Assembly (NCBI GenBank): GCA_905331295.1 | Contig: CAJNYD010000024.1 | Coordinates: forward strand, 62,001-113,522 | Direction of reading: 5' to 3' | From: Rotaria socialis | Taxonomy: Eukaryota | Length of the DNA: 51,522 bases | Shown here: positions 11,388-23,832 of the stretch, in pieces | Position numbering within the stretch: the stretch's first letter is position 1 | Layout of the letters: each line of letters opens with the position of its first letter | The notes under the pieces: generated by a model | Told to the model about the DNA's origin: nothing | The model's input: only the letters and a program-made list of their open reading frames with translations | Databases searched by the model: none | Made by a program: the position numbers and the translations under genes

Positions 11388-13265
11388 TTATCGTTGACGA
11401 GCAAATTCAATATTAAGATCAACTTTGACAAATTGTCGTTTGTACGCTTCTAGAGGTCCTTGCTCATTTGTACCGCGTGCATTAGCAACATACATAACAT
11501 TATCTGTTAAATCGTAAACACCCACATGCAAATCACCTGTTTTAACGTATGCAGTAATATTTTTAATTGAGGATTCCGGTGTTATTTGTCCATATTGTTC
11601 CGTGATTGCAGTATACAATTTAAATTGACGTGATGGACATAGCCAATCCATACCAGAATAAATAGCGTTTGGAATACGTGGATGCCAATCGGCTAATGGT
11701 TGTAAGTTTTGGTCATCAAAAAAGTTGACCTTTGAATGTGAATATTGAATCATACGAGCTGTGCCCAAGTTTCCATCAGCTACACCAAGAATTAAATGGC
11801 ATGTACGTTTCACATCAGCAATAAATGAAAGAGCATCATCAATTGTATCACTGTATTGTAATATATAACGTTCAACGAAGATGAACGGTAGACCACTCAT
11901 ACTTTCATCACCAAATGTATCATCAGGATATGAAACACCAATTTCAGATATACCAAGACGTTGTGATGACATACCAGTTAATGTTCCAATATAACCTTGG
12001 AATATATTTTAAAAATATGTCAGATATATAAACGAAGAAGAAAAGCAAATAAATCAAAACCTTCTTACCTGCCCAAGCAACATTAGCAAAGGGATGACCT
12101 AATTTTGATGTACCAGGATGATAAATAGTAACAACGGGATAATCTTGTAAACCAGCATCAACATCCCAATCTAACGCACGTAATTGCAAAGTTTTTCCTC
12201 CGAGAGTTGCATTACCCCAAAGACCATATAGTGAGCATCGACCTAGGAATCAAAATTTATTATTATTCTACTTCAACTCACAATAGATCTATTTTTTTAG
12301 TAAAACGATAGGTGGTTTAATTTCTAAAAATCAATATTTAGTCTATTTTTAAGTCACTCCTCTGGTCTGATAAGAAACTTATATTTGCTCTATTATCTTG
12401 AATTTGGAGAAGGCGTGTGTCCAGGTTTAAAATTATAGAACATAATTTTATATCTTACAAAATTTTTATGTATAGAATGTAAAGAAGTACCTCGCATACG
12501 TTGTCTCAAACTTGCTAGTTGTCTTCCTCCTCTTACAGCTCATGTCTGATGATCATTCTTCATATAAGAAAATATTAACTAAAGCCTGTAAAAACTGGAA
12601 CACTTTATTACTGTGTAGAGAAGATTCATGACTACTGAATCTACCACTAGACAATATCGCCCAACAAAGATATAGAAATATGCCCTCGTCATCGTTTAAG
12701 ATTTACCTCTTGTAATTTCACCAAGCATATGTAATCGTACGACTGTTTTAAAATCAATTTGTGCTCCATCAGCCACACCATGCATTTCATTATAGATTTC
12801 TTCATCAATATACTCTCTGACGAGTTCATTCTGTAGATCTAATGCGAACGCGAGACCTTTATCAGCGATTATATCTTCAAACCATTTAGGTAATTTAAGA
12901 CTTTTCAAAGAATCGATAATTTGTTGCTCAAAATATTGCCAAGCACGAGGTATAACTTTATTAACTTCATCACGTAATAATGTACCATAAGCATAACCAA
13001 AATCGTAACCTGAATTACCATAAACATGAATCAAGTAGATTTGATCATCACCTGAACCAATCTGATAAAGTGTACCATTTTGAACTTTATTTATCAATTT
13101 TGGTTCACTTTGATCAATAGGATTCAAGTTTGGATCACCTTTTGATGTATCATTAGCACAAAATGCTCCAACATTTTTTATTGCATTGACTCTATGGCAA
13201 GAACTTGTTTGAGTAAAAAGAAATAATCCAATGAGACAATAATATAGACGACTCTGATTCAACAT
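11388..13265 (-). CDS. Secreted/lysosomal Ntn hydrolase, acid-ceramidase-like (Dictyostelium dcd1-type / peptidase C45-like), 3 exons
   Basis: Exons 13265-12707, 12242-12069 and 11995-11388 join in frame. N-terminal signal-peptide-like stretch; alpha-subunit motif HVYGNSGYDFGYAYGTLL; cleavage site with nucleophilic Cys in EITRGR|CSLYGLWGNAT; QLRALDWD; GTLTGMSSQRLGISE. Confidence 0.82.
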
Positions 13266-14249
13266 GCTTTCACTCTTTTACTCGTTAAAAATAATAGATT
13301 TGATTGATTATCGTTTCTGATTTGGTAAGATAGCGAAGAGTTGGTGAGAAACTAAGACAGATGGTCTTCTGTTAAATTTAAAAAAAGAAGAAAATGCAAT
13401 GTGAGAAACACCTGCATTCACGATGACAAGACATGCTTTGAATAACTACTGTAAAAGAATCTGGCACTTATGTAATACTAGCCAATAAAATAGAATATTA
13501 TTCTTATAAATAATAAGGAGAATTAATCGGATAACAGGTTTGCATAGCTGAAAGAGATTTTGATAGAAAAAATAATCATTTTCTTTTTTAAATTGAAATT
13601 TTGGAAGAAAATGTTATGCAGAAGACGAAGTTGTTTAACAATTAGCTTCCTAAATAAAACTAAACACTTCCAAATATTGCATGACTTTTTATCTAACTGC
13701 ACTAAGTTTTAGAGAAAATGGAATCGGCGACAATTCTAGATACAATGAAGCTTGGTGCAAAAACAAATCGTAGAGAATTTAGATCAAATTCAGGAAAGTG
13801 ACTGTTCAAGAACTTGGATTCCTAGAGTATTCTTTCATCAGAAGCTTTGAGGGAAATTGAAAAAAAATACTGTTCTTAATTGAAAAATTCTTTTAATTAC
13901 TCTATTTTTTCGATTCATTATCGCTATTAATGTAAGGAAATATAATTCATATATCCAGTATATGTCCAAAATTCTGTTGATGGGTCGTACAATTGTGTAC
14001 TACCCAAATACCCACCAGCAGCATCATTGCCGCCAGCAACTAAGAATTATCCATTGGTTAGTATTGTTGCGGTATGAGGGTGTGGGTGTGGGTATGTGTG
14101 TGATTGTTTCTAAATATTCACACCCACATGAGAAATTAAAAATCTCAACTAATACACATACACACATACTGAGCCATGGAAAATCACTGATTTATTGTGT
14201 TTAATAATTGGGTCATTGTTGTAGCATTTGACGTCACGGCACAAGCAGT

Positions 14250-14450
14250 CATCCTATTCCGCAATGTTGAACATTTCGGAACCAGTTCCGCCCCCGGAAT
14301 CAGTTCCGTCGATTCCGGAATCAGGTCAAATATGAGCACTGTCCGATTCCGGAATTGGTTCGTCTGATTCCGAAATTAGTTCGTTCGATTCTGGAATTGG
14401 TTCCATGAGTGGAACTGGTTCCGGAATGTTCAACATTGCGGAATAGGATG
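14250..14450. mobile_element. MITE with 40-bp TIRs and internal GATTCCGGAAT repeats
   Basis: CATCCTATTCCGCAATGTTGAACATTTCGGAACCAGTTCC (14250-14289) matches the reverse complement of 14411-14450 at 39/40. The interior has repeated GATTCCGGAATT-like units. No clear TSD. Confidence 0.82.
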
Positions 14451-15576
14451 TATTCTCATCAAAACAGAAAAAGATATACTTATAATCAGAGAATCGCATT
14501 TTAACAAACATGTTTATTAAAATTCAGTTGGATTATAGCTTCTCTGTTTGCATAATAAGAAAAACAGACAATGGGTAAAATATCAATATCTGTGAATTAG
14601 TATGACGATTAGTAACATGAACTACGTACGTTTTGCTTCGTCTTTTTATGTGATAGTCCTAGGGTATTAATGAACAAATCTGAAAGTATTTCATATTTTA
14701 AAAAGGTAGATACATCGTTTTCGTGATTGTATTTCAGCACTCCATTGATTTCAAGCTATGAGAAGAGATATATTTGATTTTTCAATTTAGATCACTTCCA
14801 GCAAGTTTTATTTCTTTGTTTTTTCCTAAAATATACAATCATTTAAGTGACTAGAAACTTCGCCTAGTCAATTGTCTTAATCGAATAATTACAGCGTTGT
14901 TTAGCTTCACGAAGTTTTGTATTTATAAGATCTGAGTAATATAAGTTGCGTTCGAATCAAATTCTGCTGAATCTTTTTATTCAAATTTTCGTTATAGAAA
15001 AAAAAACTAAGGATACTAACTTGAGAGTGAAAAAGTTGATCATTTATAAATAGTAAGCAAGACGAAGGTTTTTTATCTGATTGTGTTATCCATTTTCATG
15101 AAAACTTGACAACTGCGAAAAGCCTATAACAAATTTCACATCCGTTGACCTTGAAGTTAAATAGTGTTACCACCAGTATTTTGTCTCATTTTAACAGCAA
15201 CGATGTTTACATTCATACAATTCAGCATCAGTAAGTAAACATATTCGGCCTTTTATTAAAATGATTGACTATTAAATATTTATTGATTTTTAGACTAAGG
15301 AATTTTCAATGTTTAATAAAAGTTATGAATTTAATCGTCAACTTTTTAATCATGTTTAAAGCAACGCCAAGCCTGACTGCATGAAATCGACTAAGTGAAA
15401 AATATGATCCATATTTTACTTTGCCCAAGTCAAATTTTGACGGGAGAAATCGGACAAAATTTGTAGCATATAGAGATCTTAATTTTAGTAAAATCGTTTC
15501 AACGAGCATCAGGCGAATTCCGTTCTTGAGATCATCGCTTCGCATCCCATTAAATATAGTCCTTTGCTCCAGTTAC

Positions 15577-15676
15577 NNNNNNNNNNNNNNNNNNNNNNNN
15601 NNNNNNNNNNNNNNNNNNNNNNNNNNNNNNNNNNNNNNNNNNNNNNNNNNNNNNNNNNNNNNNNNNNNNNNNNNNN
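15577..15676. other. Assembly gap (100 N)
   Basis: Run of N bases directly abutting a repeat copy at 15677. Confidence 0.99.
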
Positions 15677-15800
15677 ACAATTCTGTGCACAAAATTTCAG
15701 CTCAATCGAATGTAATTGTGAAGAGTTATCGAATAAACGGACGGCCGGACACACTGACCGATTCTATAGTGTACTGTTTTTTTTTTTTGAGTACACAAAA
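15677..15800 (-). mobile_element. Partial DINE-1/Helentron-associated (HINE-like) element, truncated by the gap
   Basis: Near-identical to parts of 36155-36420 (AATTCTGTGCACAAAATTTCAGCTCAATCGAATGTAAT...CGGACGGCCGGACACACTGACCGA). Ends in a GTGTACT...GAGTACAC inverted repeat followed by an A-run. Confidence 0.7.
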
Positions 15801-15873
15801 AACGATAACCTACTCAGTGAACTCGATAGTAAATAATCAATAGATGATAGTTGCTTTTATCGTCATTGGTAAC

Positions 15874-16538
15874 CAGGGTGTCCAGATCTTCTGAACAGTA
15901 GGGAAATTTTCTGAAATTTGAAGTCCTTTCGGAATTTCTTCTGATATTCTGATTTTTTTTCGAATTCGAAACTATTTCAGATCCCAGTTTTGCTGGTGCA
16001 GTTCAGCACAATTACAATACATTTCTATTATAGATGTATATTGCGGCACTTTTTCTTTCTCAATTATCCGTTGGTAATTTCTGACTTGTATATATATATA
16101 GGCACCTTCAGCTACAGCAATGCACTAGAATTCGTTAAATTTCTTTTCTTAATTTCGAGAATCTTATCTAATTGAACATTCAAAAAATAAAAATAAAATC
16201 ATCTATTGGATGATATTAACATGGTAGAATTTGATTGTAAAGAGAAACAAATCGAAGTAAATTAATTAGCCACAGCAATATCATCTCGACATATAAACGA
16301 AAAACAGAGTTTTTCGTAAATATTCTTTATCGATTGATGAATATTCATCTTTATAGTGACAAATCTTTGGAAATGAAGTACCAGTCAATGAAATAAAAGT
16401 ATGCGGAGTAGTTAATGCCAACATCTTATACAGAAGTCGCTATTTCACAAAAAATGATCTTTCTGATAAACTTCGGATTTTCCTAAAAAACCTTTCTGAT
16501 CGTTTTCTGATTTTTCAATTTTCGATCTGGCTACCCTG
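15874..16538. mobile_element. Non-autonomous hAT-like DNA transposon
   Basis: TIRs CAGGGTGTCCAGATC (15874-15888) and GATCTGGCTACCCTG (16524-16538) match 13/15. 8-bp TSD TTGGTAAC / TTGGTATC matches 7/8. TTCTGA subterminal repeats at both ends. Confidence 0.8.
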
Positions 16539-18802
16539 TTGGTATCGTATTCGTTAGTTTTATCATCAAGCTTCTCTGATTCAATCTAAAATAAAAGAGA
16601 AAATACTTCTTACTTAACATGAGCATAGCGAGCAATCGTTTAAAAACATGGTTTCATTTGAAAAAGATAAATATTAGTAAGCGATTGAGTAGAAAAAATG
16701 CATTTTGATGGTTTTGTAATTCAAAAATGTTTACTTTTATTTCGAATTTTCGGTATGTAATAGATTTGTCTTCATGAGAGAGCAATATCTACATGGAAAA
16801 ACTTATCAATACCTATATGCATGAAGTTAATTACATAAGCAACTTTGCTGGAGCAGAAAAATAGCATATAAGTAAATATTACTTGCACATCGACGTTCAT
16901 ATCTTTCTCGTATTCTGAATATTTCAGATGAATCATGAACATTAGTTTTATCGCCTGCCAAGAGAAGCAATCTATTATAGTGTAGTAAAAATATTGTCAC
17001 GGGAAGTTTGAAAGTGCTTCATGTTGCTAATGATGAGTATAGAAACTTTTCGTATTGATAGATTACATCTTAATTGTAGTAGATAACTCGATCAATTAAT
17101 AAAAATCTTCGTCTCATTTTGAATCAATTAGATCGAAAAAGAAAACCTGCCTGCCATCGACTGTACGCATCTACTCGATTTAGTAATGTTAGTGCTTCAT
17201 TGCTTTTCTATCTAAAAAAATCTTTTGTAGATACTACAGACAGAAATTTTCTTTACAAAACGTATTACAATTAGCATTAATAATAAGTCTAACTCTAGTA
17301 ATCTAAGATGACTGATTGAGCTGCTGGCAGATGTTTTTTTTAAACCGCTCGGAAAGAGGCACACTCGATAAAATAGGCGCTGGCTACGTAGGTGTATAAA
17401 AAGGTTATTTTTTTTTCTCAAACTATATAGATATAATAGTTACCTCTTTACTCTGCTAATTATTATTCACAAACCGTAATACAGTGTACACTGAAAAATC
17501 ACAATAAATTTACGCAAAAGTTCGAGAATATTTTTCAGCAGTTCTAAACTTACAATTAAAATAGGAATTGCTTGTCGTATTTCTACGTTGCCTCGTCGTA
17601 TCTATATTTTTAAAAAGTGAATGAATATTCGCAGTTATGCACTGCACATTTATGATGCGTAACGGTTTTTCTAATCATCGATCACGTTTAATCGAATGAA
17701 AGCAAGAAACATAGCGATGGAAGGATTTTATCTATTAATTATAGTTTCTGTTAACTATGCGGTATAGTTCTGACTTATTTAATTATAAAAATTCTTATTG
17801 GAAACTTGTATTTCATTTCTCTACGATCATGAATAACTGATAAAATATGATTTAGTAATTTATAATACTCAATCATCGCCTTATCTATGACACGACCCTA
17901 CAAGTAAATACAGTACTCATCGATTTGCTTATATGTACACTCTTTAGGGCGCTTTTCGTTCTTTCCTCTATCGTACAGTAGCTTTCTAAGAAAAAACAAA
18001 GCTTAAGACGATGTGATGTTTTTGGTATTTTCGAAAATGTTTACTCCTATTGCTGAAAGATTATTTGCATCATGCAAAAAAATGGAAATCTAGTACGATG
18101 CCGATATGATTCCGTTCTGAAATTTAATATTAAGCAAAGTACGATCAATCTATTTTATTGAGTAGTGTTCTAACTATGACTAGTACAGTGACAGGAAGAG
18201 ATTAATGTAGAAATAAATGTGATTTCAGTTGCTGATGCAAGGTTATAGATGATGCAACCATGATAGAATTAAATGAGAGCCAACCAAATTATTGAGTATA
18301 TATTGAGCAAGGAAATGATAATGATTGTTGATTAGAAATCATAGAGGAAGCGCAAAAAAGTACGAGGATAGTTACTGACTGAATCAAACTAAGAAGAAAG
18401 GTAAATATAATCAAGTATGAGTAAGCGAACAATGTTTTTCTTTAATAATCCAAAGAACTCGGAATCTATAAGACGCATCATTATTTCCTAACATGAATAG
18501 ACATATCTAGCGGATAATACAGTCAAGACAATAGAGGCTAGAAAGAATAATTTAATCACGAAAATGTGACATTTTATTTTCTTCGATTTTAGATATTTGC
18601 ACTAGATAATCGTCGTAGTTGATTGTGCCCATTAGTTTTACTATACCATCTCAGCTGAGATTGTTATTTTTCTCTTTTATAAACATTAACGTTTCATAGC
18701 AGATAAGAAGCAAATTCAAAAAAAACTAAGTATCAAACGAGTTGACAACACAATTTTTAAAAAATCTGATCTGCACAATTGCTTAGCTGTATTCAATAGC
18801 TA

Positions 18803-20197
18803 TTAACAATTGCGGCCCCATTGTTCCCACTGTACGCGTTCTATATCAGAAGTTGTAGAAGCAATCAATGCCTGTGCTAATAAACGAACATGTATCAATG
18901 CAGCTCGATGTCTTGTTAAATGACGCTCATGAATTATATGTTGACCTTTTTCTCTCATGTTAAGTATAGTTTGCGTTGAGGTATTTTGTAAACGAACTAA
19001 TTCATTAGTCAATTGATTCGATGAGGAACAATCGATTGTTAAAAAATGCTCATTAAGATTAAAATGAAGACTTTCAAGTACTCCAATTAAATCGCTCGTT
19101 GTTACAAGTGCAAGACCGTTAGCTGGTATTTCAAATAATTTTGCTATAGCATATTGAACTGATTGACATGTAGCAAGACCAAAGACATATTTTCTCATAT
19201 AGAAAAAATATCGTTGGCCACCATAATAATAGGAAGTATCATTTTTCATTGTTTCACCATAGCCAGGATGTTCTAAACAAGCAAATAAGTCTTTCCTTCT
19301 ATAGCACAATTCAAATGCACGAGAACGACATGGATACCATTCGACAAGATTTGCACCTGAGACAAAAAGAACATTTTCAGCCGATTTATTTATTGAATTA
19401 TAAGATAATGTTGAAGCCGCATGAGGTAACCAGGTAAGTTTATCTGATGATATATTGGCGTAATAATTATGAAAAATATACGGATAGGTTGATAAAATTT
19501 CCGATGAGACAGATTCAAAAAGATACATTCTACTCAACCGTCCTCCTATAGCTGTAAAATGCAGATCATCTATGAAAGTCACAAAACGTATTCTAGTTGT
19601 TTTAAATAAATCGTTGAAATTTCGATTTAAACGATGCCACAAACGCCGATTTATATCCCACATAAGAGCTACAATTGGCATTTGATTTTTCACAGAAACA
19701 TTTTCATCCATTCCACAAGCATTTAAAAATAATTTAGTAAGATTTGTTCTACGATTCATATTATTCATTGACGGAAACTGTCGGTATTTGATTCCTGATT
19801 CAACGCCAATTTCTTTTAAATGTGTAAGAATTTCAGCAAATTCTTGTGTTACATAAGACCACCATTGTCCACCATCGATATTTTCAACAAGAAAACATGC
19901 TTGCCTTTGTTTATCAGGATATTTACGATAATATTCGACGGTTATATTAGCTACCTTTAATTCTCTTGGATGACAAACAGGAAATGGACGACGTTTTATT
20001 GTTATTGGTTCATTCGGATGAAGACGAGTAGATTGTGGCGATGGAATACGCGGTTCATAGAATTGTTTTATTAATGCACCAAAGAAAAGCAGTGATAAAA
20101 ATATCAGAATTAAACTAAAGCGTAATATTTGGCCTAGACTTGACCGAAAAATATAAGCATAAAAAATACGACGAAGGCGGCGATAGTCAAATACCAT
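18803..20197 (-). CDS. Intronless type II membrane glycosyltransferase-like protein (GT-B, CgeB / Glyco_trans_1_2-like C-terminus)
   Basis: Uninterrupted 464-aa ORF. Basic cytoplasmic tail, TM segment (FSLILIFLSLLFFGALI) and Pro-rich stem. Motifs FIDDLH, WLPHAA, SGA...YPCR, LEHPGY, YAIAKLFEIPANGLALV, HF...EHFL and IHERHLTRHRA are typical of CgeB-like GT-B proteins. Confidence 0.75.
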   Translation of the reverse strand: MVFDYRRLRRIFYAYIFRSSLGQILRFSLILIFLSLLFFGALIKQFYEPRIPSPQSTRLHPNEPITIKRRPFPVCHPRELKVANITVEYYRKYPDKQRQACFLVENIDGGQWWSYVTQEFAEILTHLKEIGVESGIKYRQFPSMNNMNRRTNLTKLFLNACGMDENVSVKNQMPIVALMWDINRRLWHRLNRNFNDLFKTTRIRFVTFIDDLHFTAIGGRLSRMYLFESVSSEILSTYPYIFHNYYANISSDKLTWLPHAASTLSYNSINKSAENVLFVSGANLVEWYPCRSRAFELCYRRKDLFACLEHPGYGETMKNDTSYYYGGQRYFFYMRKYVFGLATCQSVQYAIAKLFEIPANGLALVTTSDLIGVLESLHFNLNEHFLTIDCSSSNQLTNELVRLQNTSTQTILNMREKGQHIIHERHLTRHRAALIHVRLLAQALIASTTSDIERVQWEQWGRNC

Positions 20198-21166
20198 TAT
20201 ATAATCGCAAAAATATAACTATACGATTAGTTTCATGTGGTGCAGACGTGAAAGAAAAATATCTCCTATGTCGATATTCACTATGGACAGTCGCGCTATT
20301 CTCTGAAACGCATGAGTTGTCACGTACCCTCTTTATTAGAAAAACGTGTAATAAAAATATAAATAACAGAATGAAAAAAAAAATACAACTGTAGCTTGTA
20401 TCCTGCGTCCTCATGTGTGAACTGCAATCAGTGCATTTGTGCATACTTCCTTTTACCTTCTGTTTATTTGCTACGGTTGCAATATAGATGCAAACAATGA
20501 TAATAAAAGAAGAGACCAATTTTGATGACTTACTTTTATGCTATTGACGGTTAATGAATATACTTTTCATGTTGAATCATATCTAGAATATGTTCAATGT
20601 TAGTAGAAGTCAACAATATGCGCGACAGAAGCATTAGATGTCTATTCATTTTTTCTCAATTATTTATTTAATTATTATTGATTGATTATACAGATGTATG
20701 TAAATGTGTACAAGACGAAAGAAAAAAAAAGACAGATCTAAGAAATAAAACTGACAAGAAAAAAATTCATTATGATTTTACTGACTCGAAACTACTGACT
20801 TATTTGATTTTGTTTTGTGTGGATGTGATAAAATTGAAAACAAAAACTGACATAAAGCATGCGAAGTTATTGCAAATAAAATGGGAATGAAGTATGCAAA
20901 TATAGAGTGATTGGTCGCAGTAACGCGAGACAAATAACAGACAAAATACACAAAACAATAAGAAATATTTTAACGATATTCGGATAAAAGCAAAACAATG
21001 AAAAATAAAGACAACAAAAAGAAACAAAAAAAGAAAAGAACAAAGAAAACAAACACTATCTGAATGCAAAATGTACAATAGACGCAGAGAGAAAAAAAAA
21101 GAATTCTTCGATGTTATTCGAAATCATTCACTCATGTCAATAATAAGAACAAATAATCCAATACGT

Positions 21167-23832
21167 TTACTGATGATATTGATGATAGAGAGCAAGATTT
21201 GTTTGTGGATCAACATAATCGGTATTAGCTGTTGGGTTATTCACTGATGATGCTGCTGCTGTCGGTGTCCAACTATCATTCGCTGGAGCCCATGTTGAAC
21301 CACCATTATTACTTACATATGTTCGTCCATCATTTGTTCCATTTACATTTGAATAATCTTGTCCTTCTTGATTATTAAATGTTGCTAGGGCTTGAGAACT
21401 GTAATGTACAGATGAATTTTGATTTGGCGCTGTTGCTGTTGTGCGTGAACATGTATCATATGCTTGTCGGTTATAATCATTTGAATTGGTAATAACAGAT
21501 GTTTTATTTGTTGTTGCTGTTGTTGTTGTTGTTGCTGCTGTCGTTGGTTGAATTGATAGAAAAGTAATGATAATAAATTCAATATCATCTGTACATGGAT
21601 TACAAAAAGCATATGTTGATGTTTTAAGTGAAATATATTCATTATCAATGTTTGTACGAAAACGTATGATTATATTTGTGGATGTCGCTGGCATATTTTT
21701 TTGTGTTACTGTTCGTTTGAATAGATCTTGAAATTTCATATGATCATCAGGATGTATTTGTTCGAAGATAGTTTTATGTAATAATTCATGACTTTTATAA
21801 CCAATGATGGGTGTACAACGTTGATCAATGAATAAAATTTCACCTGTATCCCAATGGCAACGACATGTGAACTCTGTTGTTATTGAATTAAATGTTGACA
21901 TTGAACCATTCGTTAAATCGTTGACATTGGGCGAACAAGAATTTTGTAAACGAGCAATGGCAATAAATGCCATTTGACCACTAGAATTCGATGACGAAGA
22001 TGATGGATGATGATTTGCATTGTCATGGTGAGATGATGGCTGTGTACTTAAATTTCGAATATAACCACTGATATGTACGACTTCATAGAGATGACCGTCA
22101 ATGGATGGGCCAAGGCATGTGCGATGACGTCGACGTAGAATAGATGGATTTGTGAATGGATTTTGATGGGTATGCTCAAGTGGATTGGTTGGACCAATAC
22201 GAAGACGACAGATAAATGATCGTTTTGAGCTCGCTGGAAAAGGAAAAAAAAATAGATTAGATAAAATAATCAAATATTTTATTTTTCGACACGCTCATAA
22301 ATATTCGTCTCATTTGAGAAAGAATAGAAAATAGTCCTAATGCTATTAGTTTTTATTAGCCGTATCACGATTAGATCCTGGAAAGAGTTCGGGCCTTTGT
22401 TTATTATTAGCTTTTTCATGAAAGTTTCTAAGTACGTTTTATATTCTTTATCACTAACTAACGATAAAAATGAATAATTTAACAAGTTTAAATCTCTATT
22501 GGCTTGAAATTTTACTTTCGAAAACTTTTTCATTTCAAATGCAAACAAACTCAAATAATATCTTAAATAAAAACTTGCCTAAACGAGCACCTGAAGAATG
22601 GCCGTCTTTTTTAACCGTTCCCGTTTTAAGATCCAAAATTCTACTATTGCCATTCGTATTTGGACTTCCATCTTGTGGTTGTAAATTTAATTGTTCGCGT
22701 ACTTTTTCAACATCATCCGGATGAACAAAATCTAAATAAATTATTAAAATAAGCAAGTCCATCTAAACAACAAGAACACATTTCTTACCATAAATAAATC
22801 TTGAATACCAATCATGACATGTGTACGACAGTATATGTTGTATAGCATCACTTACATAAATAACACGTAAACTGTCACAATTAAGTCCAAACAGGAAAGC
22901 ATCGCATGATTCAACCATTAAATATTTTAATTCATGGTCATTAAGAAATGATGGTTTATGCAGATCTTGTTGTTGAGATATTTGAGTTGAATTCAAAGCC
23001 AATGTATTATTATTTGTACGTATATTCTTCATGAATTGAGCGGCCATACGTAGTATAGTTAATTTATCAGGTTTACGTGCTAGATTAGAACATGACGGAA
23101 CCATATCGCATAATTCAGCAAAATACGTTGCCATTTTAACACGGCGACGTCGCTCGATTTCACAGTGATTTTCACGAGCTTGTTTTTCTTTATCTTCTTC
23201 GCCCATTCCGCCATTGTCTGGATTATTATTATGATTCGCCATCATTACATTTGATAAAGATGAACCTGGCAAACCACACATATTTTCTTCGTCATCATCA
23301 TCATCAAGATCATCGTCATCATTATTTGGCTAAAAGAAATTAAAATTGAATCTTTTGTTTTTCCACTCTCTACAAACTGGCTAAAAACAACTGAACATAC
23401 TGCTTTTCGCTTGTTATTCGATTTTGTAGATGTTGGTATTTTATCTGTTGTTCGTTTACGATTCGCTGTTTTACGTGATGATTCAATTGAACTTGATGAC
23501 GACGCTGCGGACGATGATGAATTACTAAAATCTCCATGAGGTTGAAGATGATTTAAAGCTGGTGTTGGATAGAACGACGATGGTTGTTGAAGATGTAAAA
23601 GTGGTTGCTGAGGTAATCGATGACCATAATAATTTCCATATGGACCTAATGATGATGGCGACGCAGATGATACAGCAGCTGCTGCCACAGCTGCAGCGGC
23701 ATAAGCCGCATTCGTATTTGAAGTTGAATATGGATGTGGAATTATTGCTCCGGATGCTGTCGGCAGAATAGACGGTATTGACATATCCTCATTCGACGGC
23801 AAAATACCGTTTCCATAATTTAGAGATGACAT
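21167..23832 (-). CDS. ARNT: Aryl hydrocarbon receptor nuclear translocator (ARNT/tango/HIF-1beta) bHLH-PAS transcription factor, 4 exons
   Basis: Exons 23832-23401, 23329-22789, 22731-22579 and 22233-21167. b[18 protein letters not shown]...[87 protein letters not shown]...IHPDD...[14 protein letters not shown]. Confidence 0.95.

Noticed and set aside
14070..14170. GTGTGGGTGTGGG...CACACCCAC segment, similar to 9611-9660
   Set aside because: Probably a dispersed repeat fragment, but ends and TSD could not be defined.
14290..14410. Possible CRISPR-like repeat array
   Set aside because: Units are ~21-bp tandem repeats without unique spacers, enclosed by TIRs in a eukaryotic context; no cas genes.
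14326..14511. ORF with repeated EPIPES peptide
   Set aside because: Translation of the MITE's internal repeats, not a gene.
15306..15843. ORFs spanning or adjoining the N gap
   Set aside because: Artefacts of the gap and of repeat sequence.
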